From Arthrobacter sp. (GTDB lineage: Bacteria > Actinomycetota > Actinomycetes > Actinomycetales > Micrococcaceae): DNA of 64,000 bases. Positions 1 through 9,790 of this stretch are shown here, one piece after another. The notes under the pieces were generated by a model. The model made no database searches. It saw only the letters and a program-made list of their open reading frames with translations, and had not been told where the DNA came from. The stretch's first letter is position 1. Every line of letters starts with the position of its first letter. The DNA is taken from NCBI RefSeq assembly GCF_048266065.1, contig NZ_JBLXAH010000005.1, positions 117,135 through 181,134 on the forward strand, read 5' to 3'. The position numbers and the translations under genes are program-made.

Positions 1-246
1 GTGCCAGGAGAGAATCCTAAGCCGCATTCGTCCATGGCCTCGGAGGCCGCGTCGAGATACCCCTCCATCCGGCATGCCTACTTGGCAGATTCTCCGACGG
101 CGGATGCATGGAAGCAGATGCTAACCTCCGACTTCAAGCGGGAGAGCCGAGAACGAGCCGCTGCGTATTACTTGGGCGGTACATCCTCAAGCCTCTTCCG
201 GGAAGCTGTTCAGTCCTTAGGCTCTGCAGCTGGACCCTCCTCGTAG
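1..246 (+). CDS. 3' end of a gene running in from the left edge; probably the C-terminus of a CDP-glycerol glycerophosphotransferase (TagF-like) protein
   Basis: Frame open from base 1 to TAG at 244-246. The tail ...RERAAAYYLGGTSSSLFREAVQSL resembles the helical C-terminus of actinobacterial TagF-like proteins. Neighbours are teichoic-acid genes. No catalytic motif is visible. Confidence 0.4.
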   Translation: MPGENPKPHSSMASEAASRYPSIRHAYLADSPTADAWKQMLTSDFKRESRERAAAYYLGGTSSSLFREAVQSLGSAAGPSS

Positions 247-387
247 GCTCTGTCGCAGGAAATATCGACATGGCGACAATAAAACCCTTGAGGCAAGGTG
301 CACACGGAAGGCCCATACCCAGCTCAGTGCTGAACTCTGCCGGTGCTCTGCACGTCTGAACGGCCATCAGCGGCCCACGTGTGATGC

Positions 388-1815
388 CTAAAAGGCATCC
401 GCTCCCCCCAAGAGTGCCTGGGCTGACAACGGGTCATCTCTCCGGACATCGATGACGTGTCCGGTGCGGCTACCAACCAGCGTTTCCAACGAAGTTCGGG
501 CTACGGTTCTGGACTCGAGCAGTGTGCTGGGGTCCTCGTCGCCGAAGGCCTTGGTTCGCATGGGAGTGGCCGTGCGCTCGGGGTTCACGCAATTCACCCG
601 TATGCGCTCCTGAGCCCATTCGTCTGCCAGGGCTTGCGTCAGGTTGACCGTCGCGGCTTTCGCGGAGCTGTACAGACTGTAGCCCGCACGGCCACGCGTG
701 TAGGAGCTGGAGGTGAACAACAATAGGGAACCCTTGCTGTCCTGCAGCGCGTCGTGGAACGCCTGTGCAATGAACACTGGGCCGAGGTAGTTGATCTCGG
801 TCGCTTGGTAGACAGACTCATCGCTTTCCTCCATCAGCAGGCCGCGGGGCAAGACACCGGCGGTGTTCACGACGAAGTCGACTCGGCCCAGCTCCGCGAG
901 CACTTGGTCGCGCGCCGCCACGATATCCTCCCGACGGTCGACGTGCGTGTTTGTCGAGGAGCGGGAGAAGGTCCTGACGGTGCAACCGAAGGACTCGGCC
1001 ATTTGCGCGATGTCGGCTCCGATCCCGTATGATCCACCGAAGACCACCGCGACCTTTCCGTCAAGAGCTTGCCGCAGTGCGTCGTCCTCCAGCAGGCGGC
1101 GGCCGTCATCGTTGTAAAGCTGGAAGAGCTTGTCGGCAATGTAGATGTCGATGGGCTCGGTTACCTTCATGTTGCGCTCCTCGCCGGGAACGACGCCGAT
1201 GGCGACACCGGGCGAGTAGCGCAGGACTACGCTGCAATCATCCGTCGCGGCGAAGTTGGGGTCCTGGTTGGCCCCGACGTACGCCCGACGCAACGTGTTC
1301 AACTTGAAGGCCTGGGGCGTCTGCCCGCGGCGGAGGGCCGAGCGCGGGGGGACGTCCCGGATCACCGGCAAGGTGCCTATCCCGGGATCGACTTCGACGA
1401 TGGTATCGGCCGAGGGGATGGCAACATCCACAGCATCGTATTCGCTGAGGGCAGCAACGACGCCGTCCAGGACACGCTGGGAAAGCAGCGGTCGCACCGC
1501 GTCATGGAGGATGACGTTGCAGTCTTCCTGTCCGAGGGCAGCGAGGGCAGCCTGCGTGGTCTCATTGCGTGTGCCCGAACCCTCCAGGACCTGCGTGACC
1601 TTGGCGAAGGAGTTCTTCTTGACGATGGACCGCACGTTGTCGAGGTAGCCGGGCGTCATCATGACGATGATCTCGTCGATCGAGGCGTTGTCCTCGAAGA
1701 TGGCCAAGGTGTGCTCGATGATCGGCCGTCCGGCGATCTTGATCAGCTGCTTCGGGATCCCCAGTCCCACCCGTTCGCCGACTCCGCCGGCCAGTATTAC
1801 CCCTACATTGCGCAT
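388..1815 (-). CDS. Bifunctional IspD/TarI-type cytidylyltransferase + SDR reductase (Bcs1-like CDP-polyol synthase)
   Basis: N-domain ILAGGVGERVG..PKQ, LHDAVRP, GQTPQAF, TDDCSV, NMKVTEP. C-domain GGSYGIG Rossmann motif and YSSAK catalytic motif. 475 aa. Confidence 0.88.
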   Translation of the reverse strand: MRNVGVILAGGVGERVGLGIPKQLIKIAGRPIIEHTLAIFEDNASIDEIIVMMTPGYLDNVRSIVKKNSFAKVTQVLEGSGTRNETTQAALAALGQEDCNVILHDAVRPLLSQRVLDGVVAALSEYDAVDVAIPSADTIVEVDPGIGTLPVIRDVPPRSALRRGQTPQAFKLNTLRRAYVGANQDPNFAATDDCSVVLRYSPGVAIGVVPGEERNMKVTEPIDIYIADKLFQLYNDDGRRLLEDDALRQALDGKVAVVFGGSYGIGADIAQMAESFGCTVRTFSRSSTNTHVDRREDIVAARDQVLAELGRVDFVVNTAGVLPRGLLMEESDESVYQATEINYLGPVFIAQAFHDALQDSKGSLLLFTSSSYTRGRAGYSLYSSAKAATVNLTQALADEWAQERIRVNCVNPERTATPMRTKAFGDEDPSTLLESRTVARTSLETLVGSRTGHVIDVRRDDPLSAQALLGGADAF

Positions 1816-1892
1816 GTTCTCTTGTGTGTCCTTATCGCTGGTCTGCGCGGCCCGGGAGCCCCCGTCCGCGCGTCGTCGGATGTCGCTGGAGG

Positions 1893-2354
1893 CTAGCTCA
1901 GTTCCTTGACGATCTGGCTGATGCTGTCCAGGGTCTTCTTCAATTCGGCGACGTGCCGCTCGTCGAAGGCACTCAGTACACGCTTCATCTCCGTCGTGGA
2001 AATGCCGCTGGTCCGAGGTAGGTAGACGACTTCGACCCGGTCTTCCAGGTCGTCGAATTTCCCCCGCCAGTCATCGCCAATGCCGAAGACATCGACGTCG
2101 TACTTGTCGATGTCCAGTCGCTTCTGTTCCCAGTTCTCTTCCGGAATGGCTTCGTCGACGTAGCGGATCGACTGGACGATTTCGATGCGCTGCTCGAAGG
2201 GTACTATCGGCTTCTTGCCCTTGATGGCGTTGAAGTCGTCGGTGGAGACGCCGACGATGAGGTGGTCCCCTTTGTCCTTCAACCGCTTCAGGATGTTGAG
2301 ATGGCCGATGTGGAAGAGATCGAAGGTTCCGTAGGTCAATACGGTTTTGCTCAT
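1893..2354 (-). CDS. tagD: Glycerol-3-phosphate cytidylyltransferase
   Basis: TYGTFDLFHIGH, GVSTDDFN..KGK, GDDWRGKFD, YLPRTSGISTT motifs. Confidence 0.9.
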   Translation of the reverse strand: MSKTVLTYGTFDLFHIGHLNILKRLKDKGDHLIVGVSTDDFNAIKGKKPIVPFEQRIEIVQSIRYVDEAIPEENWEQKRLDIDKYDVDVFGIGDDWRGKFDDLEDRVEVVYLPRTSGISTTEMKRVLSAFDERHVAELKKTLDSISQIVKELS

Positions 2355-2452
2355 GGGTTACCTCACGTCGAGTACCAAATGTCCACCATCACTCTAGACG
2401 ACCCTCATCCAGCGTTCACCCACCATTCAACCCGTGTTCGCGCCGAGTAGCG

Positions 2453-3364
2453 TCAGATGATCGGGGGCCGTCCGGCCAAGGTCATCCGCAGGTGTGTATG
2501 CCAGCTGAGCTTCGGACGGGGTTCCTGGTACCAGGGCGACGTCCGGTATCCGGAGACCAGCCCTGCAAGATGCTGGCGCAGGCCGTTGCGGTCACGTCGC
2601 AGTCGGAAGATGTTGATCAGCGTCCACGACCCGACATAGACCCAGCTGAAGGGCCAACGCAGGTTCCGCCGGGCCAGCCACACGCGGTTTCGGGCATTGA
2701 GCCGGTAGAATTCCCCGTGGCGTCGTGGATCGACGACCGGGTGGCAGACCCGCAGGTCCCCGGCATACCAGACGCGGTGTCCTGTGTCCCAGACCCGCCA
2801 GGCCAGTTCAATGCCCTCGTGGGCGTACCAGAACCCGCCGGCCCACCCGCGGGTGGCCTTGAAGACCTCCCGGGGCAACAGCAGGCAGGTCTCCCCCACA
2901 TGGAAGATGTTGCTTGAGTCCTGGGCGGTCCGCTTGTTCAGCCGTGGGATCCAGCGGCGGGGAGATTCCAGGTCGTCGGGATCGGCGATACGCGGCATGA
3001 GCATGCCCATGTCCGGGTACTTGCGGAAACGGGCCACCGCCTCGGACAGGAAGTCGGTGTCCGGGAGCCAGGAATCGTCGTCCAGGAAGAGGATGAACTC
3101 CCCACGAACGTGGGGTACGCCGGCGTTGCGACCGGCAGGGATCCCCAGGTTTTCTTCCAGGAAGACGGCGGTGAAGCCCTCGGGAAGCCCCCCGGGCATC
3201 GTCACGGGGTCCCACCCATTTCCCACCACGGCGACGTCGATGTCGACGCCCAGCTGGAACTCCAGGGAAGCGAACGCCCTCCGGAGCTCGCTCGGCCGGT
3301 CCCCCATGGTCAGGATGACGACGCCGATGGACGGTGGGGTGGTAATGGAGCCGCGGGGGGCCAA
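2453..3364 (-). CDS. Glycosyltransferase family 2
   Basis: GT-A fold motifs VVILT, NLGIPAGRNAG, FLDDD, FWYAHEG; TTG start. Confidence 0.85.
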   Translation of the reverse strand: MAPRGSITTPPSIGVVILTMGDRPSELRRAFASLEFQLGVDIDVAVVGNGWDPVTMPGGLPEGFTAVFLEENLGIPAGRNAGVPHVRGEFILFLDDDSWLPDTDFLSEAVARFRKYPDMGMLMPRIADPDDLESPRRWIPRLNKRTAQDSSNIFHVGETCLLLPREVFKATRGWAGGFWYAHEGIELAWRVWDTGHRVWYAGDLRVCHPVVDPRRHGEFYRLNARNRVWLARRNLRWPFSWVYVGSWTLINIFRLRRDRNGLRQHLAGLVSGYRTSPWYQEPRPKLSWHTHLRMTLAGRPPII

Positions 3365-3373
3365 GGCTGCCTC

Positions 3374-4195
3374 CTAGGCGCTGAGACGGGATGAGGCCAT
3401 GCTGGCAACGAAGTGCCCGAGGTTGACGAAAAGGGTGACGGGAAGCAGCAGCCACAGCAGCCAGCTCTCGGCGGTTCCCGGCTGGCCAATGGCCGCAGAC
3501 ACGATAGCCGCGGCCAGGACCAGCAAACTGAGCTCGACGGCGTGGAGCAGCCGGTGGAAGGGGAGGAAGCGTGCGGCGCGGCGCAGCTTGCCCAATACCG
3601 AAGCCGCAGGAATGGCCCGGGCCTCGCCGGTGTCGGGCAACTTGCCCAGACCCGCCATGCCACGGGCCGCGTGGACCATGAGGCTCAACGACCGGTTGAG
3701 GACCAGGAGCACGGCGACCAGGGCGCCGATGAACAGGATCCGGTAGTCCAGTCCTGCCGTATCGTGCTCGTGTCCGAGGGCAATCCTGAAGGCCAGGGCA
3801 ATGGGCAAGAGGGCCTCGGTGGTGTGGTGGCCGACCATGTCGATGAAGATGCCCTTGGGGCCCTGGGTTTGGCGCCAACGCGCGACCTCGCCGTCACAGC
3901 AGTCGAAGTACAGCTGCAACTGCGAAAGCACGACGGCGAGGAGCGGGCCCCAGATGCCCGGAATGAACAACGCGGCAGACATCGCCCATCCGGAGAGGAT
4001 CATCAGCCCGGTCACGCCATTGGCGGAAATCGGGGTGCGTATCAGCAGTGCGGTGAGGTAGATGGAGATATGCCGCAGGTAGAGCTCAGCGGTCCAGTGT
4101 TCCGCGTTCCGCCGGGCGCGGACCTCGGGAGGCTGGCAGACGGCTCGGAGCTGCTCCAACGTGGGACGCTGCGGCCGCGACGGGTCAAAGCTCAT
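3374..4195 (-). CDS. CDP-alcohol phosphatidyltransferase family membrane protein
   Basis: ISANGVT motif and DCCDGEVAR-x8-G-x3-D signature; several hydrophobic helices. Confidence 0.85.
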   Translation of the reverse strand: MSFDPSRPQRPTLEQLRAVCQPPEVRARRNAEHWTAELYLRHISIYLTALLIRTPISANGVTGLMILSGWAMSAALFIPGIWGPLLAVVLSQLQLYFDCCDGEVARWRQTQGPKGIFIDMVGHHTTEALLPIALAFRIALGHEHDTAGLDYRILFIGALVAVLLVLNRSLSLMVHAARGMAGLGKLPDTGEARAIPAASVLGKLRRAARFLPFHRLLHAVELSLLVLAAAIVSAAIGQPGTAESWLLWLLLPVTLFVNLGHFVASMASSRLSA

Positions 4196-5259
4196 GCGCG
4201 CTCCATCGACGGATCAGCCACCGGATGTGCCTGCCTGCTCTGATCTGTAGTCTGACCAGCTCCTTGCACCCGGCCCTTGACGAATCCCCACGCCCAAGGG
4301 AAATGAATGGAAGGAAGCACTCCCGCTAGCAGTATCCGTTCCTTAGTGGTTTCGAGATCTGCACGAACTGCGACAGTCGCGACGATCCCCGCATAAAGGA
4401 ACGAGGAGGAACGTAGTACTCGTAGCGCAAAGCGGCCAGCTGTTGAAACTTTTTTCGAGGGTAACAACCATGCAGCAACGCCGGCCACGAGGGCCCCTGC
4501 CATGAGCGGCGGTGCGAAATGCCGCAACGACTTTCCCTCTGGATATCGCCGGGCCAACTCCCCGCGCCACACGCCAGCTGCATAGCTCTGGGAACCCAAC
4601 CGACGGAAGCTGTCGCGCGGGTAGTAGGTAACTGTTAGCTGGGGATCAAACCAAACTTGAGCGCCAGAATTGCGAATGCGCAAACACATCTCCCAATCCT
4701 GACCTCGCCAGAGAGTCTCGTCGTAGAAACCCACCCGATCAAATACATCCCGACGAAAAATACCCAAATAGGCTGACTCGGCTGGGCCATCGGGTGCTCC
4801 GGAATGATAAGCAGCACCCCCCAGGCCGAAAGGTGAATTATAAGCTGCGGCCACCGCACGCTGAAACGGGTCCTTACCCTTTGCGTCCATACGCCCACCA
4901 ACGTCTGCTGCACCGGTCCGCAGGAGGGTTTCAACCCCTCGTCGGGTGTATCCCACTTCCAAAACGCTATGGGCATCGACTCTGATGATTATTGGAGACG
5001 CCGCCGCCTTGATCGCTAGATTTAGCCCGGTTGGGGTCCGGCCCGCTGGGTTGTCGACCCACCTGATCCGTGAATCTTCCGCGGCCATCTGTTGCACTAT
5101 CTCAGTGGTCCCGTCAGTGCTCGGCCCGAGGGCAATAACTATCTCCTTGGAGCCCTCATATTGCTGGGACAGCACCCCGAACACAGCATCACGGACGTAT
5201 TCGGATTCGTTGAGCACCGGCATCACATAGGATACCGCTGGCTTCGGTTCCTCAGACAT
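4192..5259 (-). CDS. Glycosyltransferase family 2 with C-terminal membrane helices
   Basis: VMPVLNE, STDGT, RVDAHS, RGQDWE motifs; overlaps both neighbours (translational coupling). Confidence 0.85.
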   Translation of the reverse strand: MSEEPKPAVSYVMPVLNESEYVRDAVFGVLSQQYEGSKEIVIALGPSTDGTTEIVQQMAAEDSRIRWVDNPAGRTPTGLNLAIKAAASPIIIRVDAHSVLEVGYTRRGVETLLRTGAADVGGRMDAKGKDPFQRAVAAAYNSPFGLGGAAYHSGAPDGPAESAYLGIFRRDVFDRVGFYDETLWRGQDWEMCLRIRNSGAQVWFDPQLTVTYYPRDSFRRLGSQSYAAGVWRGELARRYPEGKSLRHFAPPLMAGALVAGVAAWLLPSKKVSTAGRFALRVLRSSSFLYAGIVATVAVRADLETTKERILLAGVLPSIHFPWAWGFVKGRVQGAGQTTDQSRQAHPVADPSMERA

Positions 5260-6263
5260 TACTTCTTTGATTCCTGGTATGCCTTGACGACTTCCTTCGC
5301 CTCGCCGTCCATCTCCAGGACACCCTTATTGATCCAAAGCACCCGGTTGCACGTATCGAGGATCGACTTCATGGAGTGGGAGACGAGGAAAACCGTTCCG
5401 GCATCCTCTCTGATTTGCCGAATACGAGCCTCACTGCGTTTCCGGAAACGTGCATCACCGACGGCCAAAGCTTCATCCACGATGAGGATCTCATGTTGCT
5501 TTGAAGCGGCGATCGCAAATTTCAGGCGTGCAGACATTCCCGATGAATATGTGCGCATGGGCAGATCAATGAATTCCTCAAGCTCAGCAAAATCGACGAT
5601 ATCGTGCCGCATTTTCTCGATTTCCCTGCGGCTATAGCCGAGGGCCAGCCCACCAAGAGTAATGTTCTTGTCCCCGGAAAGATCCGGGATCAATGCGGCG
5701 CCAACGCCCAGCATATTCGGCCTTGAGGACGCGTATACCGCGCCAGAAGCCGGCGGTGTCAGACCCACGATACTGCGCATCAAGGTGGATTTTCCTGAAC
5801 CGTTGGAACCGATGACGCCAATAGATTCGTTTTCGTACGCCGTGAAGGAGACACCCTTCACCGCGTGCACTTCGCGTAGCCCCCGAGTAGTCGTCAGCAG
5901 ACGTCGGCCAGCGGCAGGTCCCGCCGATTTACCACTGGAGTACACCTTGTAGCGCACGTGAAGATCCTCTACGACGACGACCGGCTTTCGCCCCTCGTCG
6001 GCGCCGACCACCACAATTTGGCCATCCGGATCTTCCGTTGACTTACTACGAATGCTTGCCGCGGACGTCGCGTTCTTTGGGCGCCGGGAGACTCTTCGTG
6101 CGGCCCCACTATTCCGTTCCTTGCGTGGACCTGCAGTTGGACGCCCTGCCGAGACCTCGGCCTGCTTTTGCTCCGCGGCAATTCCTGCGAGGCCCCCCCG
6201 CTGCGCGCTCGATCTTGGCCCTCGCGGACGAATCAGCTCTTCAAAACTAGTCGACTCGTCCAT
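5259..6263 (-). CDS. Teichoic acid/polysaccharide export ABC ATP-binding subunit (TagH/Wzt-like)
   Basis: Walker A GSNGSGKS, signature YSSGM, Walker B ILIVDE. Start placed at ATG 6263 (MDESTS), overlapping the permease stop; low-complexity N-terminal extension. Confidence 0.88.
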   Translation of the reverse strand: MDESTSFEELIRPRGPRSSAQRGGLAGIAAEQKQAEVSAGRPTAGPRKERNSGAARRVSRRPKNATSAASIRSKSTEDPDGQIVVVGADEGRKPVVVVEDLHVRYKVYSSGKSAGPAAGRRLLTTTRGLREVHAVKGVSFTAYENESIGVIGSNGSGKSTLMRSIVGLTPPASGAVYASSRPNMLGVGAALIPDLSGDKNITLGGLALGYSRREIEKMRHDIVDFAELEEFIDLPMRTYSSGMSARLKFAIAASKQHEILIVDEALAVGDARFRKRSEARIRQIREDAGTVFLVSHSMKSILDTCNRVLWINKGVLEMDGEAKEVVKAYQESKK

Positions 6264-7092
6264 AGCGTTCCTCGGCTTTCCAAAAGAAGATGACCCCGAA
6301 GGCCAGCATGAGAACGGACCAGATCGAGAGAAAGGCCCAATATTCCACCGGATAATCGGTGCCCATGATGCAACCTCTGGCGATTTGCAACGTCTGGTAA
6401 ATGGGGTGGAAATCAAAAAGTGTGATCATCACGGGGAACATTTTGAGAATGCGGTCCACGGAGAACAGCACACCAGATGTGTAAAAAAGTACGCGAGTCA
6501 ACAGCGGAAGTAGGTGCGTCAGATCGCGAACATGGACGGTGAGGCGTGCACAGACCAACGCCACACCCGTGTTGAAGAGCGTATAGATTGCGACGAGCGG
6601 CAGGACAAGGAACCAGCTCCAACTGGGCCGCGCACCAAGAATCAGACAATAGACGTACATGACACCCAGCATGGGGACCAAGGTCAGCAGCTGCTGCAAA
6701 ACCGTCGACAGTGGAAGTGTGATGCGGGGAAACGACAACGATTGAACCAAGGCAGTATTGCCGGTGATGGACTTCGCACCTTGGCTCATGGACTGGCTGA
6801 AAAATTCAAAGAGAAAGACGCCAATGACGACGTACATTGGAAAGCCAGGTGGCTTACTGGATCCTTGAAGAACTCCGAAAATTGCTCCGTACATCAAGGC
6901 ATTCAAGGTTGGTTTGAGGACAACCCACAACATCCCCAGCCTATTTCGACCGTTACTCGCCTCTATCCGGCTTCGCGCCAATTCGTAGGCAAAATCGCGC
7001 CTACCCCATGCCTGCCGAATATACGGGATGAGTTTCGGACGTGCGCCGACGCGATGGAGCCCCTCAGGGCTGACGGAACTGACCACCGTCAT
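6247..7092 (-). CDS. ABC-2 type export permease (TagG/Wzm-like)
   Basis: Six predicted TM segments; LGMLWVVLKP, SLSFPR, RDLTHLLP motifs; coupled to the ATPase. Confidence 0.88.
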   Translation of the reverse strand: MTVVSSVSPEGLHRVGARPKLIPYIRQAWGRRDFAYELARSRIEASNGRNRLGMLWVVLKPTLNALMYGAIFGVLQGSSKPPGFPMYVVIGVFLFEFFSQSMSQGAKSITGNTALVQSLSFPRITLPLSTVLQQLLTLVPMLGVMYVYCLILGARPSWSWFLVLPLVAIYTLFNTGVALVCARLTVHVRDLTHLLPLLTRVLFYTSGVLFSVDRILKMFPVMITLFDFHPIYQTLQIARGCIMGTDYPVEYWAFLSIWSVLMLAFGVIFFWKAEERYGRVD

Positions 7093-7105
7093 GCGCTTTT
7101 GCTCC

Positions 7106-8158
7106 TCATTTTGTTGGGGTATCTAGCTTACCGAAGTAAGAATCCATCGTATCCGAGCGCAATGCCTTCCCCACACTTTCGACTGCCTGCTTGTCTTCAA
7201 GGACGATCGACTGGCCATCAGCCGATCGGGAGGTCCCGGCCGTGGGGAGGGTGAAGGAGTGGACGTCATCGGATCGGAGGTCCTTCAGCTGGAGCCCGAG
7301 TCCTGCGATCGTCTGCGCGTCAAATGACTGGTCCAGGGTCAGATAGGGGGACACCTTGTCGATGACCTGGTAGAGCGTTGCCGGATTGGTGAGCGTCTTC
7401 GCGGCCAGCATCTTGTCGATGACGGCGTTGAGGAATTTCTGCTGGTTCTTCACCCGCTGGTAGTCGCCGTCGATGAAGGACTTTCGTTCACGAACGAATC
7501 GCAGGGCGCGGTCGCCTTCAAGGTTCAATTCACCCACGGGGTAGAAGTAGTCGGTGTCGTTGGCCGTGAAGGCGATGTCGTTCTTGACCTTGACGCCGCC
7601 CAAGGCAGTCGTCAGGTCGCGGAATCCCTGGAAATCAACCACGGCCACGTGGTCGATCTTCGTGTCGAAGAGGCCCTCGAATGTCTGGACGACGAGCGGG
7701 ACACCGCCGAAGGCCATGGCGGAGTTGATCTTGTTCTGCCCATGCCCGGGGATTTCCAACCAGGTGTCGCGCATGACGGACATGACGTAGACGCCCTTGC
7801 GGTCGGCCGGGACGTGCACCAGCATCATCGTGTCCGATCGCTGGCCGGTCCCGCCGTGTTCAAGGACGTTGCCGGTCACCTGGTTGGCACCGCCGAAGTC
7901 CGCTCCCATGAGCAGGATGTTCATCGACGAGTCACCGGGATCCTTGACCGGGCGCCCTTCCTCGTCGGGGAACGCCGAGGCCAGCGTCTCCGTCTGGCCG
8001 TCAAAGGTGTTGGCCAACGTCAGGACGTACCCGCCGGCCACCATGACGGCAATGACGACAACTGAGGCGACGGCGATGAGAACCGTCCGAGCCCGGTGCT
8101 TCTTCGGTGGCGCCATGCGGCGCGCGACATACTCCGGTTCAGGCCCTGAGCTCTTCAA
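7106..8158 (-). CDS. LCP (LytR-CpsA-Psr) family wall-polymer ligase, copy 1
   Basis: N-terminal TM anchor; LMGAD, RSDTMMLVH, RDTW, KINSA, VRER, GDYQRVKNQ. True start may be 8116. Confidence 0.9.
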   Translation of the reverse strand: MKSSGPEPEYVARRMAPPKKHRARTVLIAVASVVVIAVMVAGGYVLTLANTFDGQTETLASAFPDEEGRPVKDPGDSSMNILLMGADFGGANQVTGNVLEHGGTGQRSDTMMLVHVPADRKGVYVMSVMRDTWLEIPGHGQNKINSAMAFGGVPLVVQTFEGLFDTKIDHVAVVDFQGFRDLTTALGGVKVKNDIAFTANDTDYFYPVGELNLEGDRALRFVRERKSFIDGDYQRVKNQQKFLNAVIDKMLAAKTLTNPATLYQVIDKVSPYLTLDQSFDAQTIAGLGLQLKDLRSDDVHSFTLPTAGTSRSADGQSIVLEDKQAVESVGKALRSDTMDSYFGKLDTPTK

Positions 8159-8291
8159 GTGTTCTCCCGTGGGGACACATCCGCGACACCATGTGGAGCG
8201 GTTGGTCGACCCATGTCAAATAGTCGGTGGTGAAACAGCAAGTTTAAGGCCCATTTCTGGGAACAAGCTGTGCACCTGCGGTAGGGGAAGT

Positions 8292-9194
8292 CTAACGGTC
8301 CAGCCCCGCGACGAAGTCCTTGAGCCAGGGAACCAGGTCCCCGCCCAGGTCCTCGCGTTCTGCGGCCAACGAGATGACTGCCTTGATGTAGCTCAACTTG
8401 TCGCCGGTATCATAGCGCCGACCGCGGAAGACCACGGCGTACACACCGCCGCCCGGAGCGTCGCTGGCGGCCAGTTCCTGCAAGGCATCCGTCAACTGGA
8501 TCTCGTTCCCGCGGCCCGGCTTCGTCCGTTCCAGGACCTCGAAGACGGACGGGTGGAGAACATAACGTCCAATGACCGCCAGGTTGGAGGGGGCCTCGGT
8601 GGGGTCCGGCTTTTCCACCAGCCCGTTGACCCGCACGTAGTCCTTGCCCTCGACAACGGTGACGTCAGCACAGCCGTACGCACCGATCTGCGATGGCTCG
8701 ACCTCCATGACGGCGATGACCGAACCGCCGGTTTCCTGCTGGACGCGGATCATCTCGCTGAGCAGCTCGTCGCGTTCATCGATCAGGTCATCCCCCAGCA
8801 GCACGGCGAAGGGTTCGTCGCCGACGTGCAGCTTGGCACACAACACCGCGTGGCCCAGCCCCTGGGGGTCGCCCTGTCGAACGTAGTGGATGTCGCCGAG
8901 TGCCGTGGCCTCTTGGACCAGCTCCAGCTTCTTGGTGTCGCCCTTGTCGGCGAGCACGGCTTCGAGGCTGGGAACCCGGTCGAAATGGTCCTCCAGGGCC
9001 CGCTTGCTGCGCCCGGTGATCATCAGGACGTCACTCAGGCCCGCCTTCGACGCCTCGGCCACCACATACTGGATGGCCGGCTTGTCGACGACGGGAATCA
9101 TTTCCTTCGGCATGGCCTTGGTGGCGGGCAGGAAGCGGGTCCCCAGGCCCGCGGCGGGGATCACAGCTTTCGTGATGCGCGTGGTCTCAGTCAT
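8292..9194 (-). CDS. galU: UTP-glucose-1-phosphate uridylyltransferase
   Basis: KAVIPAAGLGTRFLPATKAMPKEM, GLGHAV, VEKP, EIQLTDA. Confidence 0.95.
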   Translation of the reverse strand: MTETTRITKAVIPAAGLGTRFLPATKAMPKEMIPVVDKPAIQYVVAEASKAGLSDVLMITGRSKRALEDHFDRVPSLEAVLADKGDTKKLELVQEATALGDIHYVRQGDPQGLGHAVLCAKLHVGDEPFAVLLGDDLIDERDELLSEMIRVQQETGGSVIAVMEVEPSQIGAYGCADVTVVEGKDYVRVNGLVEKPDPTEAPSNLAVIGRYVLHPSVFEVLERTKPGRGNEIQLTDALQELAASDAPGGGVYAVVFRGRRYDTGDKLSYIKAVISLAAEREDLGGDLVPWLKDFVAGLDR

Positions 9195-9238
9195 GGAACC
9201 GACTTTACAAGATCAGGTGACAGCCAATGGACAAAACG

Positions 9239-9712
9239 TCAGTGTCCATGGCGGAACCGGTTCACCACGGACCGCGGAAGGTACTCGTCGACGTCGCCAC
9301 CCAAACCCTGGACTTCCTTCAGCAGGCTCGATGAGAGGTGCGCATACCGGTTGTCCGCAGCAATGAACACGGTCTCCACTCCGGTCAGGTGCCGGTTCAT
9401 GGAGGCCATCGGGATTTCATATTGGTAGTCCACCACCGAGCGCAGGCCCTTCACGATGGCGTCGGCGCCCACCTCTCGGCAGAAATCGGCCAACAACCCA
9501 TCCCCCATCGGCACCACGGTGATCCCGGCCAGACCGGAGACAGTCTCGCTGGCCATCGCGATCCTCTCCTCCTGGTCGAAGCGGTACTTCTTGGCATAGT
9601 TCGTCGACACGGCCACGACCACCTCATCGAAGAGGTTGCTGGCTCGGGCAATGATTTCCACGTGTCCCTTGTGGATGGGATCGAAGGATCCGGGGCAGAC
9701 GGCTCGGCGCAT
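9239..9712 (-). CDS. coaD: Phosphopantetheine adenylyltransferase
   Basis: CPGSFDPIHKGH, KGLR, YEIPMASMN, LSSSLLKEV. Confidence 0.95.
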   Translation of the reverse strand: MRRAVCPGSFDPIHKGHVEIIARASNLFDEVVVAVSTNYAKKYRFDQEERIAMASETVSGLAGITVVPMGDGLLADFCREVGADAIVKGLRSVVDYQYEIPMASMNRHLTGVETVFIAADNRYAHLSSSLLKEVQGLGGDVDEYLPRSVVNRFRHGH

Positions 9713-9790
9713 ACCTGCAATCTACCAATCACCACGACGATGACCGGCAATAGTCGTCACCTGGGTCGTGTCCTTGTCATACTGGTGCCC

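Noticed and set aside
9227-9249. ATGGACA...TGTCCAT inverted repeat near the coaD stop
   Set aside because: Arm order is opposite to the regulon motif, the stem is short, and there is no functional link
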